Below the pieces are notes generated by a model. That model saw nothing but the letters and a program-made list of their open reading frames with translations. It did not search any database and was not told where the DNA came from. Below are positions 42,290-53,076 of a stretch of DNA of 64,000 bases, piece after piece; the first letter of the stretch is position 1; each line of letters opens with the position of its first letter. The stretch comes from an uncultured cyanobacterium (GTDB taxonomy: Bacteria; Cyanobacteriota; Cyanobacteriia; Cyanobacteriales; Nostocaceae). The position numbers and the translations under genes are program-made. The DNA is taken from NCBI GenBank assembly GCA_963740315.1, contig CAVUDP010000001.1, positions 896,001 to 960,000 of the forward strand, written 5' to 3'.

Positions 42290-42425
42290 AGGTCAAAGGT
42301 CAAAGGTTAAAGGTTAAAGGTCTGCATGTTAAAATTATTTTTATCTCCCCATCTCCCCATCTCCCCCATCTCCCCCCTCTACCCCCTCTACCCCCTCTAC
42401 CCCCTCTCCATTTTCCCATGCCCAA
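42290..42425. repeat. Composite STRR tract
   Basis: GGTYAAA units, GGTCTGCATG, CCCCATCT/CCCCCTCTA units. Confidence 0.85.
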
Positions 42426-42428
42426 ATC

Positions 42429-43511
42429 TTAATTAACTCCAACTTCTTTCCAAGCATTTTCTACGGCTTTTTGTTCGCTGCTTGCTTCACCGTAAAGTTC
42501 TCCTGCGACTGCAATTGTCATTTCTGCGGCGAGTTTAAAGTTTGCTTTTGAATCTAGTTTCTCGCACAAGCTTGCGTACCAAATTTTTCCGGCTTTCTCC
42601 CAAGCGTAACCGCCTATTTCTGTTGCCGCTAAGTAAAAAGCTCGGTTGGGAATGCCCGAATTTATATGTACTCCGCCGTTGTCTTTGGTACCAGTATAGA
42701 TGTCATCCATGTGGGCTGGTTGGGGATCTTTACCAAGTACTGAGTCGTCGTAAGCTTTACCTGGCGCTTTCATTGAGCGAATTGCTTCCCCTTTGACTTT
42801 TTCGGTAAATAATCCTACACCAATCAACCAGTCTGCACTCTCGGCGGTTTGATTGTTGATTCGCTGTTTGACTAAGGAACCAAACACGTCAGAAAAGGAT
42901 TCGTTAAGCGCTCCAGATTCGCCGAAATAAATTAAATCTGCTTCATACTGGGTAACGCCGTGGGTTAATTCATGTCCGATTACATCAACTGATTTGGTAA
43001 AACGGTTAAAGAGTTCGCCGTCACCGTCACCGTAAACCATTTGAGTGCCGTTCCAAAAGGCATTTTCGTAATCTTTGCCGTAATGTACGGTGGAATCTAA
43101 ACGCAAACCTTTACTGTCAATGGAATTGCGATCGCCAATTTCTTTGAAAAAGTCGTAAGTCGCGCCAGCACCATCATAGGCTTCGTTTACGGCTTCGTCT
43201 TCGGTGGGAGAATCGCCTTCGCTGCGGACTATTTCTCCAGGAAGTATTTGAGAATTTTTAGCATCATATATAGTACGGTTTTTCTCAGCAGTTGGCGGCG
43301 TATCTTGGATATCACTTAAAGCAATGCGCCTTCCACGAATTTGCGCCGAGAGATTCAAGGTTTCAAAAGCCCACTCGCGTTGGGTTGGCGTACCGTTGAC
43401 TGCTACCTTTTCCAATATGTAAGGGGGGACAATACAACAAATAGGGCATCTATTATGAAGTGAATGTTGATGATTGAACCCATAAGATTTCTTTCGTTTT
43501 TTTCTAGCCAT
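42429..43511 (-). CDS. Protealysin-like M4 metallopeptidase
   Basis: CCIVPPY propeptide, NAFW, HELTH, GALNES, GGVHINSGIPN. Confidence 0.95.
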   Translation of the reverse strand: MARKKRKKSYGFNHQHSLHNRCPICCIVPPYILEKVAVNGTPTQREWAFETLNLSAQIRGRRIALSDIQDTPPTAEKNRTIYDAKNSQILPGEIVRSEGDSPTEDEAVNEAYDGAGATYDFFKEIGDRNSIDSKGLRLDSTVHYGKDYENAFWNGTQMVYGDGDGELFNRFTKSVDVIGHELTHGVTQYEADLIYFGESGALNESFSDVFGSLVKQRINNQTAESADWLIGVGLFTEKVKGEAIRSMKAPGKAYDDSVLGKDPQPAHMDDIYTGTKDNGGVHINSGIPNRAFYLAATEIGGYAWEKAGKIWYASLCEKLDSKANFKLAAEMTIAVAGELYGEASSEQKAVENAWKEVGVN

Positions 43512-43769
43512 TTAAAGATGTTCTCCCTTTTTAGATTTTTGATTTTAGATTGAGAATAAATAATTAAAGCTCTTGAGGGGCATCTTTCCCCGTTAAATTA
43601 GAAACAGCGAAATTCCAAATTTACTCTGCTTCCCGCGCGGGTTAATGTGACAAATGAATCAAAACCTTTACTTAAGTAAATTATATTTTGATACCAAATT
43701 CAATGAGTTTAAACTATAATCCAATATTGATAATATTTTTTATTACTAGTTGATAATTGTTTATATTTA

Positions 43770-43981
43770 TAGGACTTACGCAACCGCAACGAGTTATTAA
43801 GAGAAGTCGGGTTTTTTATCTAAGAGTATCTGTAACAACCTGAAATTTTTATAAAAACCCGACTTCTGACCATTGCCATTCGTATCACATTAAAATCGCA
43901 TTCAAATCATATTGACAATTTACCTTCTTTATCGAATGAATCAGCCCTGCCGTATTATTGGGGGGCTTTGCGTAAATCCTG
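43770..43981. mobile_element. MITE with AGGACTTACGCA termini
   Basis: AGGACTTACGCAA / TTGCGTAAATCCT; internal palindrome at 43802-43867; no clean TSD. Confidence 0.75.
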
Positions 43982-44081
43982 TTTATTATTTAAAATTAGA
44001 TTTCCTTGAATAATAAAAACGGGCAAGATGCCCGTACCACAAGAACTTAAGAAGTAATCCAAAATCTAAAATCTAAAATCT

Positions 44082-44816
44082 CTATATTATTCCCCCAAAC
44101 ACCGCCGATCCATAATACTTCCAAGGTACGGCTACGGTATTAAACCCAGCTTTCACCAGCATCTGCAACTGTGTATCTAAAGTTGCTAATTGATCCTGAC
44201 TCGAATAACCGTAACTAGCAGCATAATCTACAGAATCGCTATTACTTGCCAAGCGAGAACGAACGGATTGCATAGACGTTCCTTTTTTTTCTGCCCATTC
44301 TTCTCCCACAGCTTTGTAAATTTCTGCTAATAAGGGTGATTCTGATAAAACGGGATCTGCATTCCAGAAACAACCACCGCTCTTAAGACTTTTACCGATG
44401 CGTTGAAATAACTTTGCTTTCATCTCGTTACTCAGATGATGAATTGCTAATGATGAGACACAAGCATCAAACTCGGTACCAATCTCTAACTTTTCAGGGT
44501 TATTCGCCCATTCGCCAAAATCTGCTTCTATACCACTCCATTGCTGATATCCAGCTTCAGCCATCTTTTTTCGAGCAAATTCAATCATTCTCGGTGAATA
44601 ATCCAGAGCGATAATTTGAGCATTCGGACAACGCTTGAGTATTTTCTTGCTCAGTTCACCCGTACCGCAACCTAATTCTAAAATACGACGAGATGTAGAA
44701 GGAACGCAGCGAGCAACAGCTTCGAGCATTTCATCATAACTGGGGAACAGTTGCCGCATTCCAGTATCAAAATCGGTAGTTTGAGCGAAAACTTCACCCG
44801 GAAACACTTGTTGCAT
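44082..44816 (-). CDS. Class I SAM-dependent methyltransferase
   Basis: ILELGCGTG, SSLAIHH. Confidence 0.9.
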   Translation of the reverse strand: MQQVFPGEVFAQTTDFDTGMRQLFPSYDEMLEAVARCVPSTSRRILELGCGTGELSKKILKRCPNAQIIALDYSPRMIEFARKKMAEAGYQQWSGIEADFGEWANNPEKLEIGTEFDACVSSLAIHHLSNEMKAKLFQRIGKSLKSGGCFWNADPVLSESPLLAEIYKAVGEEWAEKKGTSMQSVRSRLASNSDSVDYAASYGYSSQDQLATLDTQLQMLVKAGFNTVAVPWKYYGSAVFGGII

Positions 44817-45032
44817 GAAAATTTTTCCCCTCAGAAAGCAGCATCAATACAATCATGCATCAATTTTTGTCTTCTAATTAATATTTTTTTGTCGCAATAT
44901 TAATTATAGATAATTCTGCACAACTCAATCATAGCAAAGATTTTAGCCGATAACTATTGCTGAAATTACTTTTAAATAAGCAGGAGTTGAAACAAAGATT
45001 CACCGATCGAAAGCACCAAATAATACACCAAA

Positions 45033-45143
45033 ACTGTGGAATTTCTTTAACATAGTTATAGACCTCACTAGTTTTGTGTGGTTGTGTGTTGTAAAACTTA
45101 GTTGTAATTTTGTCGGGGGGTTACACCCTTGGCATTTTTTTTT
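45033..45143 (+). ncRNA. Candidate small RNA, possibly PsrR1-like (unverified)
   Basis: Intergenic; -10-like TAATAC at 45021; stem AGTTTT/AAAACT exposing a GU-rich loop; terminator hairpin 45111-45134 plus T9; 5' end approximate. Confidence 0.5.
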
Positions 45144-45461
45144 GCTAAACTGCGCCGCGCGGGTTTCTCGGTTCTTACAAATAAATTATGAGTGCTATAA
45201 TCAAACGCTATATCAATTTTATTATGGTGAAAACAAGAATGTATAAAAAGAATAAATCATTCCTTAGTTATACTTAAAATTAATCCTTTAGGTAGATACC
45301 ATATTTGTCATTTGATAGATTGCCAAATAATAAGAAGTTAAATTAGAATCTTGATATATTTTTTTGTTGAAATTTGTTAAGTTATATTTCCGCAATCCAA
45401 ATTACGGTCTGAGTAATAAATTGAAATAAATTCTTTTGTGTAAATTGTAACTGGATTATTT

Positions 45462-46388
45462 ATGCCTTCAATAGTAGAGACAATCAAAGACAGCATCAAA
45501 GATTTAGTTGGTAGTGCAGTTAAAATTTTTCCTGCATTATTAACGGCACTAATTATTATATTTTTAACTAGATTTGCCGCTCAATTTGCTCAGAAAATAA
45601 CTCAAAAAATTGCTCATAAAACAGTTAGCAGCAAATCGCTACAGTTTTTGATGGCGAAAAGCGCGTCTACAGGCACTTGGGTTCTAGGAATTCTTCTTGC
45701 TTGTGTAATTGCTTTTCCCGGTTTAAGTTTGGGAGATATTATTGCTACTTTGGGACTTAGTTCTGTAGCGATCGGTTTTGCCTTTCAAGATATTTTCAAA
45801 AACTTTCTTGCCGGTATCTTAATACTATTACAGCAACCATTCCGTATCGGCGATCAAATAGTTGTTAACGATAACGAAGGCACTGTTGAACAAATTGATA
45901 TTCGTACAACGGAAATTATTACTTATACTGGGGAACGAGTTGTAATTCCTAATTCAACAGTATTTACAAGTATAGTTCGGGTAAGAACAGCATTCGATCG
46001 CAGACGCACGGATTTAGCTGTTGGTGTCGATTATAATACTTCTTTAACCCAAGCTTCTGACATTTTGGAGCGAACAATTTCACAAGTCGAAGGCGTTTTG
46101 GATAGCCCATCAGCAGAAATAGATTTAGTTTCTTTCGGTGATAGTTCTATCGATTTTATTATTCGCTACTGGACTTTATCTCAACAAAAACAAGTCCGTC
46201 ACGTTCAAACCAGAGCAATTATAAGTATCAAGCAAGCTTTCGATAGAGCCGGGATTAGTATTCCTTATCCAATTCGTACTCTGTACTACTACAATCAGGA
46301 CAAGTACAACGATTATATGCCCGATTCAAACGGTGAAAAATCTTCACAAGTTGACTTTAGGGACGATTACCAGCGATCGGGAAGCTGA
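45462..46388 (+). CDS. MscS-family mechanosensitive channel
   Basis: GFAFQDIFKNFLAG, PFRIGD, IPNS, IPYP. Confidence 0.93.
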   Translation: MPSIVETIKDSIKDLVGSAVKIFPALLTALIIIFLTRFAAQFAQKITQKIAHKTVSSKSLQFLMAKSASTGTWVLGILLACVIAFPGLSLGDIIATLGLSSVAIGFAFQDIFKNFLAGILILLQQPFRIGDQIVVNDNEGTVEQIDIRTTEIITYTGERVVIPNSTVFTSIVRVRTAFDRRRTDLAVGVDYNTSLTQASDILERTISQVEGVLDSPSAEIDLVSFGDSSIDFIIRYWTLSQQKQVRHVQTRAIISIKQAFDRAGISIPYPIRTLYYYNQDKYNDYMPDSNGEKSSQVDFRDDYQRSGS

Positions 46389-46401
46389 TTATTAATAATA
46401 C

Positions 46402-46432
46402 TAAAGCCTGGTAAAAGGTTTACCAGGCTTTA
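46402..46432. terminator. Intrinsic terminator hairpin
   Basis: Perfect 14-bp stem TAAAGCCTGGTAAA / TTTACCAGGCTTTA after the mscS-like gene. Confidence 0.75.
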
Positions 46433-46819
46433 TCATTAAGATTTATTAAGGTCAAATCTTTACTTTTGGTCAATGATTTAGAGAATTGAATTCAACAACT
46501 AAAGTTTACTTAACTCATAGCAAACAACGCATTTACATATCCTATCTAGGAGTTTGGCTTACCAAATTGGTAAATGCCACATTTTTAATGCTGAAATTAA
46601 CCTGGGCTTTGACCGAAGACACATTGTCATTACCCAACTGAGTTCGTGATGCCTTGCTCGTGTCTTACTTATTAAGTTATCACCTATCCAAAAAAATAAA
46701 ACCCCTTATTCACTCAAGTTTACGAGTCTTCAAATTTCGCAATATTATTGATTGGGAATTGGGAATTAGGAAAAATCAACTTATTAACTGTTCACTGTTC
46801 ACTGTTAACTGTTCACTGT

Positions 46820-47779
46820 TTACCAATTCCACATTACAGGGCTATCATCATGATGGCTGGTAACGATATTTCCGATCGCGTCAATTTCTTGTAGTTCATC
46901 TTGAGAAAGTTTCACGGAAGCGGCTTTGGCGTTATCAATAACGTGTTTGGCAGTTCTAGCACCCGCGATCGCATTAGTTTGAGGTTGAGCAATTAACCAT
47001 GCTAATGATAACTGTGCGAGGCTGCATTGATGACGCTCGGCGATAGGGCGCAGTTTATCTAATGCAAGTTGGGCGCGTTTCATGTTTTCTCCTTGAAATA
47101 ATTGGTTATCTACACGATGATCGTCGGGATCGAATTTATGGGAAGCATCAAATTTTCCAGTTAGTAATCCCTGAGCTAGAGGCGAATAAGCAAGAATGGA
47201 AATATTATTTTCAATGCAGTAAGGCATTGCATCATTTTCAACCTTTCGCCAAAATAAAGAATAGGGTGGTTGCAAACTATCAATTCTGCCGTACTTTGCA
47301 GCTGATTCTAACTGAATGCCAGAAAAATTTGATACGCCGATCGCTCGGATTTTACCTTGTTCTTGCAAGTGATTCAGAGCGTTCATCGTCTCTTCTATAG
47401 GAACAGTTTCGGTATTAAACGAACCACTAGCCCAATGAATTTGGTATAAATCAATATAGTCAGTTTGGAGATTTTTTAAAGAGCGATCGCAAGCTTCTAT
47501 TACTTGTTGATATTTAAGATGATTGGCAAAAACCTTTGTGGCATATTCAACTTTATCTCGGATATCCGACAAAGCTTGGGCAACAATTTTTTCTGAATGT
47601 CCGTCACCATAAACCTCAGCAGTATCAATAGTTGTAATCCCATTTTCAAAAGCTGCTCGTATCGCTTTAATAGAATCATCATCCTCAATTCCTACCCATT
47701 TTGCTTTACCAGCTTGCCAAGTTCCCATCAAAATAGGGGTAATTTTTACATCTGATTTTCCCAACTTGCGTTTTTCCAT
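46820..47779 (-). CDS. Aldo/keto reductase
   Basis: DTAEVYGDGHSE, ATK, IDLYQIHW, GVSNF, YSPLAQGLL. Confidence 0.93.
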   Translation of the reverse strand: MEKRKLGKSDVKITPILMGTWQAGKAKWVGIEDDDSIKAIRAAFENGITTIDTAEVYGDGHSEKIVAQALSDIRDKVEYATKVFANHLKYQQVIEACDRSLKNLQTDYIDLYQIHWASGSFNTETVPIEETMNALNHLQEQGKIRAIGVSNFSGIQLESAAKYGRIDSLQPPYSLFWRKVENDAMPYCIENNISILAYSPLAQGLLTGKFDASHKFDPDDHRVDNQLFQGENMKRAQLALDKLRPIAERHQCSLAQLSLAWLIAQPQTNAIAGARTAKHVIDNAKAASVKLSQDELQEIDAIGNIVTSHHDDSPVMWNW

Positions 47780-47970
47780 GATTTATTTCATCCCGATCTA
47801 AAAGTCTTAGTTAAATAGTGTCACAGTCTACGAGTTGTTGAGTCAAATTAAATTAATGAATTAGGGATAATAGGGAATTGGGAATTGGTAAGGAACATAA
47901 AAACTTATAATTTTTGCAGCTACTGTTATATAACAATCTAAAATCTAAAATCTAAAATCTAAAATCATAA

Positions 47971-48555
47971 ATGGAACTAACTACTTTTCACGCACTCAAA
48001 GAATGGGCGATCGCCATCAACGCTTTAGAATCTGGAGAAACGATAATGTTGTTGCGGAAAGGGGGTATTCACGAAAAAGGAGGAAGTTTTCGGGTTGCTC
48101 ACGATCGGGTTTTGCTTTATCCAACCTACGAGCATCAACAAACTTTCATGCTCAAAGCCGATTATTCAAATCTTGTGATTCCAGTAACACCCGGTTGGCG
48201 ACCTGAAAGCGTTAACATTACTAGTTACGCTCAAATTACCCATATCTTACCCGTTACCGACAACTCAATCGTTAATGCTTTACTTCCATTCCACATTTGG
48301 AACCAAGAATTCGTGCGCGATCGCCAACAGTGGAAACCCGAAGAACCCTTGTTTATACTGTTGTTGCGGACATACAAACTATCAACGCCCCAACTTGTTA
48401 CCTACGATCGGCGATATGGTGGATGTAAATCTTGGATCGATCTAAATGAATCTATTTCCCTTGAAACAGCACAACCAGCAATATCCGAGAATGTTTATTC
48501 TGAATTAGTAGCCCAAATCTGCGGAATTATTGGCGATTCTTCTTATGCTTCATAA
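47971..48555 (+). CDS. DUF1802-family protein
   Basis: ALKEW, LLRKGGIHE, LYPTYEHQ, GGCKSW. Confidence 0.88.
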   Translation: MELTTFHALKEWAIAINALESGETIMLLRKGGIHEKGGSFRVAHDRVLLYPTYEHQQTFMLKADYSNLVIPVTPGWRPESVNITSYAQITHILPVTDNSIVNALLPFHIWNQEFVRDRQQWKPEEPLFILLLRTYKLSTPQLVTYDRRYGGCKSWIDLNESISLETAQPAISENVYSELVAQICGIIGDSSYAS

Positions 48556-48932
48556 ATAAATTAAATTGTGAAAGCTTTTACTGGTAAGGCTTTTATAAAC
48601 ACCCCTACAATATACTGATTTCTTCATGTAAATTTATACAACTTAATCGTAACTAAAGATACACACACTTAGTACAAATACAGATAAAATTAGACAAACA
48701 CAGATGTTTGCGATCGCTAGTTGATTTTCGATTCCACGGACGATTTTGTCTGTGGTTAGTTTTTATTTAGACAAGAAGCAGTGAATGTTATTTCTAAATA
48801 AAGCGATCGACAAACGCGGTTAACTATTGCCTGAAAAATATAACTCATTTTTCAAGAGTACCCAAAAGGGTGAGGTAATACTTGACAAATATCTGTATTA
48901 ATGTAGTAAATGCGAGATCAAAAGGAGCTTGT

Positions 48933-49181
48933 ATGAGAAGAATGTGCTGGTTATCCAAGTCTGGGGAAAGCGGAGAGAAAATTTTACACTTGCAGACAGC
49001 ACCGAACGAACCTTGGCGACCATACACCGCTTTTCGACAATTTGCAGTACCAGATTATAAGATACCGGGCGGTTCCAAAGGATGGGCAACCTATCAAAAG
49101 TTATTAAAAGCAGGTTGGACAATAGTACCCAGCGCCCGTGCCAACGAATTTTCCACATCAAACGCTTCAGTTGAATTATAA
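48933..49181 (+). CDS. Conserved cyanobacterial hypothetical protein
   Basis: AAGGAG RBS before ATG 48933; PWRPY...GWATYQKLLKAGW. Confidence 0.7.
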   Translation: MRRMCWLSKSGESGEKILHLQTAPNEPWRPYTAFRQFAVPDYKIPGGSKGWATYQKLLKAGWTIVPSARANEFSTSNASVEL

Positions 49182-49185
49182 AAAA

Positions 49186-49385
49186 TAGGGAGTAGGGAGT
49201 AGGGAGTAGGGAGTTAGGAGTACTTCGACAAGTCTTACAGTGAGCTACGTCGAACTGCTCAGTAACCTTTAGGAGTTAGGAGTTATCTCCCCCTCTCCCC
49301 CTCTCCCCATCTCCCACGCTCCCCATCTCCCCCGAACCCCATCTCCCCATCTCCCCATCCCCCCATCCCCCATCCCATCCTCTTC
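49186..49385. repeat. Composite STRR tract with an inverted copy of the 51-bp element
   Basis: (TAGGGAG)n; element at 49220-49270; CCCCATCT units. Confidence 0.9.
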
Positions 49386-51098
49386 CTAAATCCCCCTAGC
49401 TTCACCTTCACCTCTGGGATCGGCTGCACCTTCGAGGGTGCCATCTGGCTTGACGACGATCAGGTTGGAGTTTCCCCAAGGGTTGGTTTGCTTAATTTTG
49501 TGTCCCCGACGCTTTAATTCTTGCAAAGTCAATGTATCTAACCCCCAAGGCTCGACGCGCAATATATCGGGAAACCATTGATGGTGGATGCGGGGTGCGG
49601 AAACTGCTGCGCCTGCATCCATGTCGTATTCCAAGACATTAAGAATTATTTGCAATACTTGAGTAATAATGGTGCTACCTCCGGGGGTACCCACAGCCAT
49701 CCGTAAACGTCCGTTTTCGGTGACAATTGTGGGAGTCATGCTTGATAGCGGGGTTTTGCGGGGTGCGATGGAATTTGCTTCGTTGCCCAGCAAACCAAAA
49801 GCATTGGGAACTCCGGGGGCTGCTGAGAAATCATCCATTTCATTATTAAGAACTATTCCCGTTTGTGGCGTGACTATACCAGCACCAAAACCCAAGTTAA
49901 TGGTAAACGTTAAACTTACGGCGTTGCGTTGTGCATCGATAACTGTTAGATGACTGGTTTCTGTGGATTCTTTGAATTTTTGTAATGTATTGCGAACGAC
50001 TGGCTTGACTTGAGTAGAAGGTTTTGCACGCTGCATATCAATTTGCTGGCGGCGAAACTTTGCATATTCGGGGTTTATCAGCTGTTGTTGGGGAACTTTG
50101 ACAAAATCGGGATCGCCTAAATATTCCGAGCGATCGGCGTAAGCAATTCGCATCGCTTCTACCATTAAGTGGATTGTATCGGGGTGGTGCCATCCTAAAG
50201 ATTTTAGATCGGTATCGCCGATAGTATTTAAAATATTTAACATCTGCAATAAATGAATGCCTCCTGATGACGGTGGTGGCATCGAACAAATTCTGGCTTT
50301 GTTAAAATTACCGCATACCGGGGTACGCCAAATCGGTTTGTAGGATTTCAAATCTTGTAGAGTAATTAAACCGCCATTTTTCGCCATATCATTGGCAATT
50401 GTACGGGCGATTCTTCCCGTATAGAAACTGCGAGGATTTGCAGCGATATCTTGCAAAGTTCTGCCTAAATCCCGCTGTACCAGCTTTTCTCCCGGTTGAT
50501 AAAAATTACCGTTGCGAGTAAAAATAGCTCTTGCAGCTTGGTTGCTAGCGATCGCCTTTTCGCGTCTTTTGACAGCTTGCACAAATTTATCTTTGACAAC
50601 AAAACCATCTTTCGCCAACCGAATCGAAGGCTCAACAACCGTATTCCAAGGTAATTTGCCATAACGACGGTGAACTTCATACATCCCCGCTACAGTTCCC
50701 GGCGTACCCACAGCCAGATAACCATTGATACTTGCATTGGGACGCACCTTACCGCTACTATCCAAATACATATTTTTTGTAGCTTTTAACGGAGCCCGCT
50801 CGCGAAAATCCAAAGCCTGAATTGTGCGCTTTTTCGAGTCGTGCATTAACAAAAAGCCGCCACCACCAATTCCTGCCGAAAAAGGTTCTACTACAGAAAT
50901 TGCAAAAGTCGTGGCTACCGCAGCATCGATCGCATTACCGCCTTTTTGTAACATTTTTAACCCGGCATCGCTAGCTAAAGGATGGGCTGAAACTACCATT
51001 GCTTTTTTACTGCGTAGCGGTTGGATAAAAGCGGCAGTGGCTATTTGTGTGTAAAAAGTGATGCTAAATAAAATAATTGAGCGGTAGAAAACACGCAT
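49386..51098 (-). CDS. ggt: Gamma-glutamyltransferase
   Basis: GGNAIDAAVA, DFRE, PPPSSGG, ETSH, NNEMDDF, PLSSMTP. Confidence 0.96.
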   Translation of the reverse strand: MRVFYRSIILFSITFYTQIATAAFIQPLRSKKAMVVSAHPLASDAGLKMLQKGGNAIDAAVATTFAISVVEPFSAGIGGGGFLLMHDSKKRTIQALDFRERAPLKATKNMYLDSSGKVRPNASINGYLAVGTPGTVAGMYEVHRRYGKLPWNTVVEPSIRLAKDGFVVKDKFVQAVKRREKAIASNQAARAIFTRNGNFYQPGEKLVQRDLGRTLQDIAANPRSFYTGRIARTIANDMAKNGGLITLQDLKSYKPIWRTPVCGNFNKARICSMPPPSSGGIHLLQMLNILNTIGDTDLKSLGWHHPDTIHLMVEAMRIAYADRSEYLGDPDFVKVPQQQLINPEYAKFRRQQIDMQRAKPSTQVKPVVRNTLQKFKESTETSHLTVIDAQRNAVSLTFTINLGFGAGIVTPQTGIVLNNEMDDFSAAPGVPNAFGLLGNEANSIAPRKTPLSSMTPTIVTENGRLRMAVGTPGGSTIITQVLQIILNVLEYDMDAGAAVSAPRIHHQWFPDILRVEPWGLDTLTLQELKRRGHKIKQTNPWGNSNLIVVKPDGTLEGAADPRGEGEARGI

Positions 51099-51369
51099 AT
51101 ATTTTGGTTCTAAATAGAATTAATATTAATTAAGAAAATTTATACCATGAAGTAAGCGCGTTTGTATTTTATGGTTCTTCCGCACAAGGGGGTGCTATTT
51201 AAATAGTCGTAAAAAGGCAGAAGGCAGTAGGCAGTAGGCAGAAGGCAGAAGGGGAAGAAGAAAGGCATTAATAAATAATACTAAGGGAATTGTTTGAAAT
51301 CTTAATACAGCAAAGGTTTGAGTGAATTATTCCTGAAATTTAGCATCCCTTTGTACTGAAAAGCCTATT

Positions 51370-52047
51370 TTATTGAGTCTCAATTTTTCTAATCGCTGGT
51401 TGTTTTCTTTCAGGGGAGGGAACATTAGCAGGAACAATAAACCCGACAGCGAAATATGTAATGCCAATTAAAGCAGCGATGGCTAAACTAAACTTTGCAA
51501 TATTCGCTAACTGGATTGGTTTCGGCTCAAAACTTGATTTAACTGATGGTGGGATTTCAAGAGCTTCAGAAGTGGTGGGGGAAGCCTGAGTTACTTCTAA
51601 TTTTTCGACTTGCTGACTATTTTTTTCCTCAGTAAGCTCATCGCAATCCTCAACAAGCAATGATTCTAAAGCTTTAAAAGATTCTTCTCGATCGGCTTCG
51701 TCTTTTCTTCGTATTTCTAATTGCTCGATCGCAACATTTTCTTGAGCATAAAACAATCTGTCAAGCTTATGAAATAATTCTTTTTCGATGTAGAATCCAG
51801 CCAGTTGTTTAGCGTGTGCGATCGCATTCTTCATCGACTGAAGTTTCACTTTATTCCAAGTAACTATGACTCCTTGCTCATGATTCTCCAACAATAAACA
51901 ATATTCATTTTGACTTGATTCGTCTATTTGTACAAACAAAGTGTAGTGTCTATTTAGTGCTATTTTCGGAGAACCAAAATCAGATTTTTTAAAGCAAACC
52001 TCTTCACTTTTAAGAATAGGCTCCAAAAGCTTAAATGGCTGTCGCAA
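51370..52047 (-). CDS. Hypothetical protein with an acidic linker and a C-terminal TM helix
   Basis: 225-aa ORF overlapping the upstream gene by 17 nt. Confidence 0.7.
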   Translation of the reverse strand: MRQPFKLLEPILKSEEVCFKKSDFGSPKIALNRHYTLFVQIDESSQNEYCLLLENHEQGVIVTWNKVKLQSMKNAIAHAKQLAGFYIEKELFHKLDRLFYAQENVAIEQLEIRRKDEADREESFKALESLLVEDCDELTEEKNSQQVEKLEVTQASPTTSEALEIPPSVKSSFEPKPIQLANIAKFSLAIAALIGITYFAVGFIVPANVPSPERKQPAIRKIETQ

Positions 52048-52975
52048 GGTTGTATCCTCTGGTTCTAACAGCTTGCAAGAAGTAAAGTATAAATTGTTGC
52101 TGATAATTTACTGGGGCTTTACCTTTTGATTCTTCATTAATTCCCCATAAGTTGAGAGCAATTTTTTCGTCGGAAAATCCTTGCTGACTCAAAATTTTGG
52201 CTTGTTCTAAATCTTTTTCAATTTCTGACTTAATATATGGTTTTTCACTTAAAGAGAAGCAGAATTCGTCACGTTCTCGACCAATTAAAATGTTATCAAT
52301 ATCTTTGATGATAAGAGCATATTCGTTGATGTTGTAACTCTTAGAACCGTCTTCCTTACCGGCTTTTTCTCTTGTTGCGATCTGATGAGCAAAAGACATT
52401 TTATGTCTGTGCTTGCGAACCATCGCACTCAGCAACCAATTAATGGAAATACCTATATACGATCGCAGCCACTGTCTTAGGGTTGACTCAATTGTGGTGT
52501 CTATCCCTGATACTCTTACTTCTTGCTGATATTTTGCCCAAGTGGGTAACTGACTCGCCAGGTTGCCAAGATGCAAAAGATTTTTGAGCATTACATACTC
52601 TGCAATTCCTTCGAGCCATTCGCTTAAAGTGTCGTAAACTTCCTCTATAGCAAGATCGTCGCAATAATAATAGAAGTCCTCCATCTTGTCTACGCCAACG
52701 AAATGGAGGTCATTAATTACTAAAGGGGATATTTCGGCGAGTTCCATCTTTTCTTCTGTTTTCGTCAGAATTTCGCGATCGCCTACCAAAGGAAGTTCAA
52801 CACCCGATTCAGTAAAGCTTTTAAGTCTGTCCGGTTGACTGTAAAGCAAAATACTAACGATGTCATCTAAAGCGATCTTGCTATTCTTTCCTCCATCTTC
52901 ATAGTAAAAACGAACCCGATGAACAAAATTATTCACTGGATTTTCAAATTCGTATGTGCAGAAATTATATGCCAT
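52031..52975 (-). CDS. Hypothetical protein with a weak BRO-N-like N-terminus
   Basis: 314-aa ORF; VRFYYEDG...LDDIVSILLYSQP. Confidence 0.7.
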   Translation of the reverse strand: MAYNFCTYEFENPVNNFVHRVRFYYEDGGKNSKIALDDIVSILLYSQPDRLKSFTESGVELPLVGDREILTKTEEKMELAEISPLVINDLHFVGVDKMEDFYYYCDDLAIEEVYDTLSEWLEGIAEYVMLKNLLHLGNLASQLPTWAKYQQEVRVSGIDTTIESTLRQWLRSYIGISINWLLSAMVRKHRHKMSFAHQIATREKAGKEDGSKSYNINEYALIIKDIDNILIGRERDEFCFSLSEKPYIKSEIEKDLEQAKILSQQGFSDEKIALNLWGINEESKGKAPVNYQQQFILYFLQAVRTRGYNLATAI

Positions 52976-53076
52976 TGTTTTTTATAGATGCATCTCTCTG
53001 ACTGTATTAGATAGAGTATTGCGTTCAAATACCATCTAGTGGTAATTACCTAATTATTATAACGTCTAATAGATAA

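Noticed and set aside
46540..46863. Small ORFs or RNA between the mscS-like and aldo/keto reductase genes
   Set aside because: No start/RBS combination, motif or convincing structure; partly heptamer repeat
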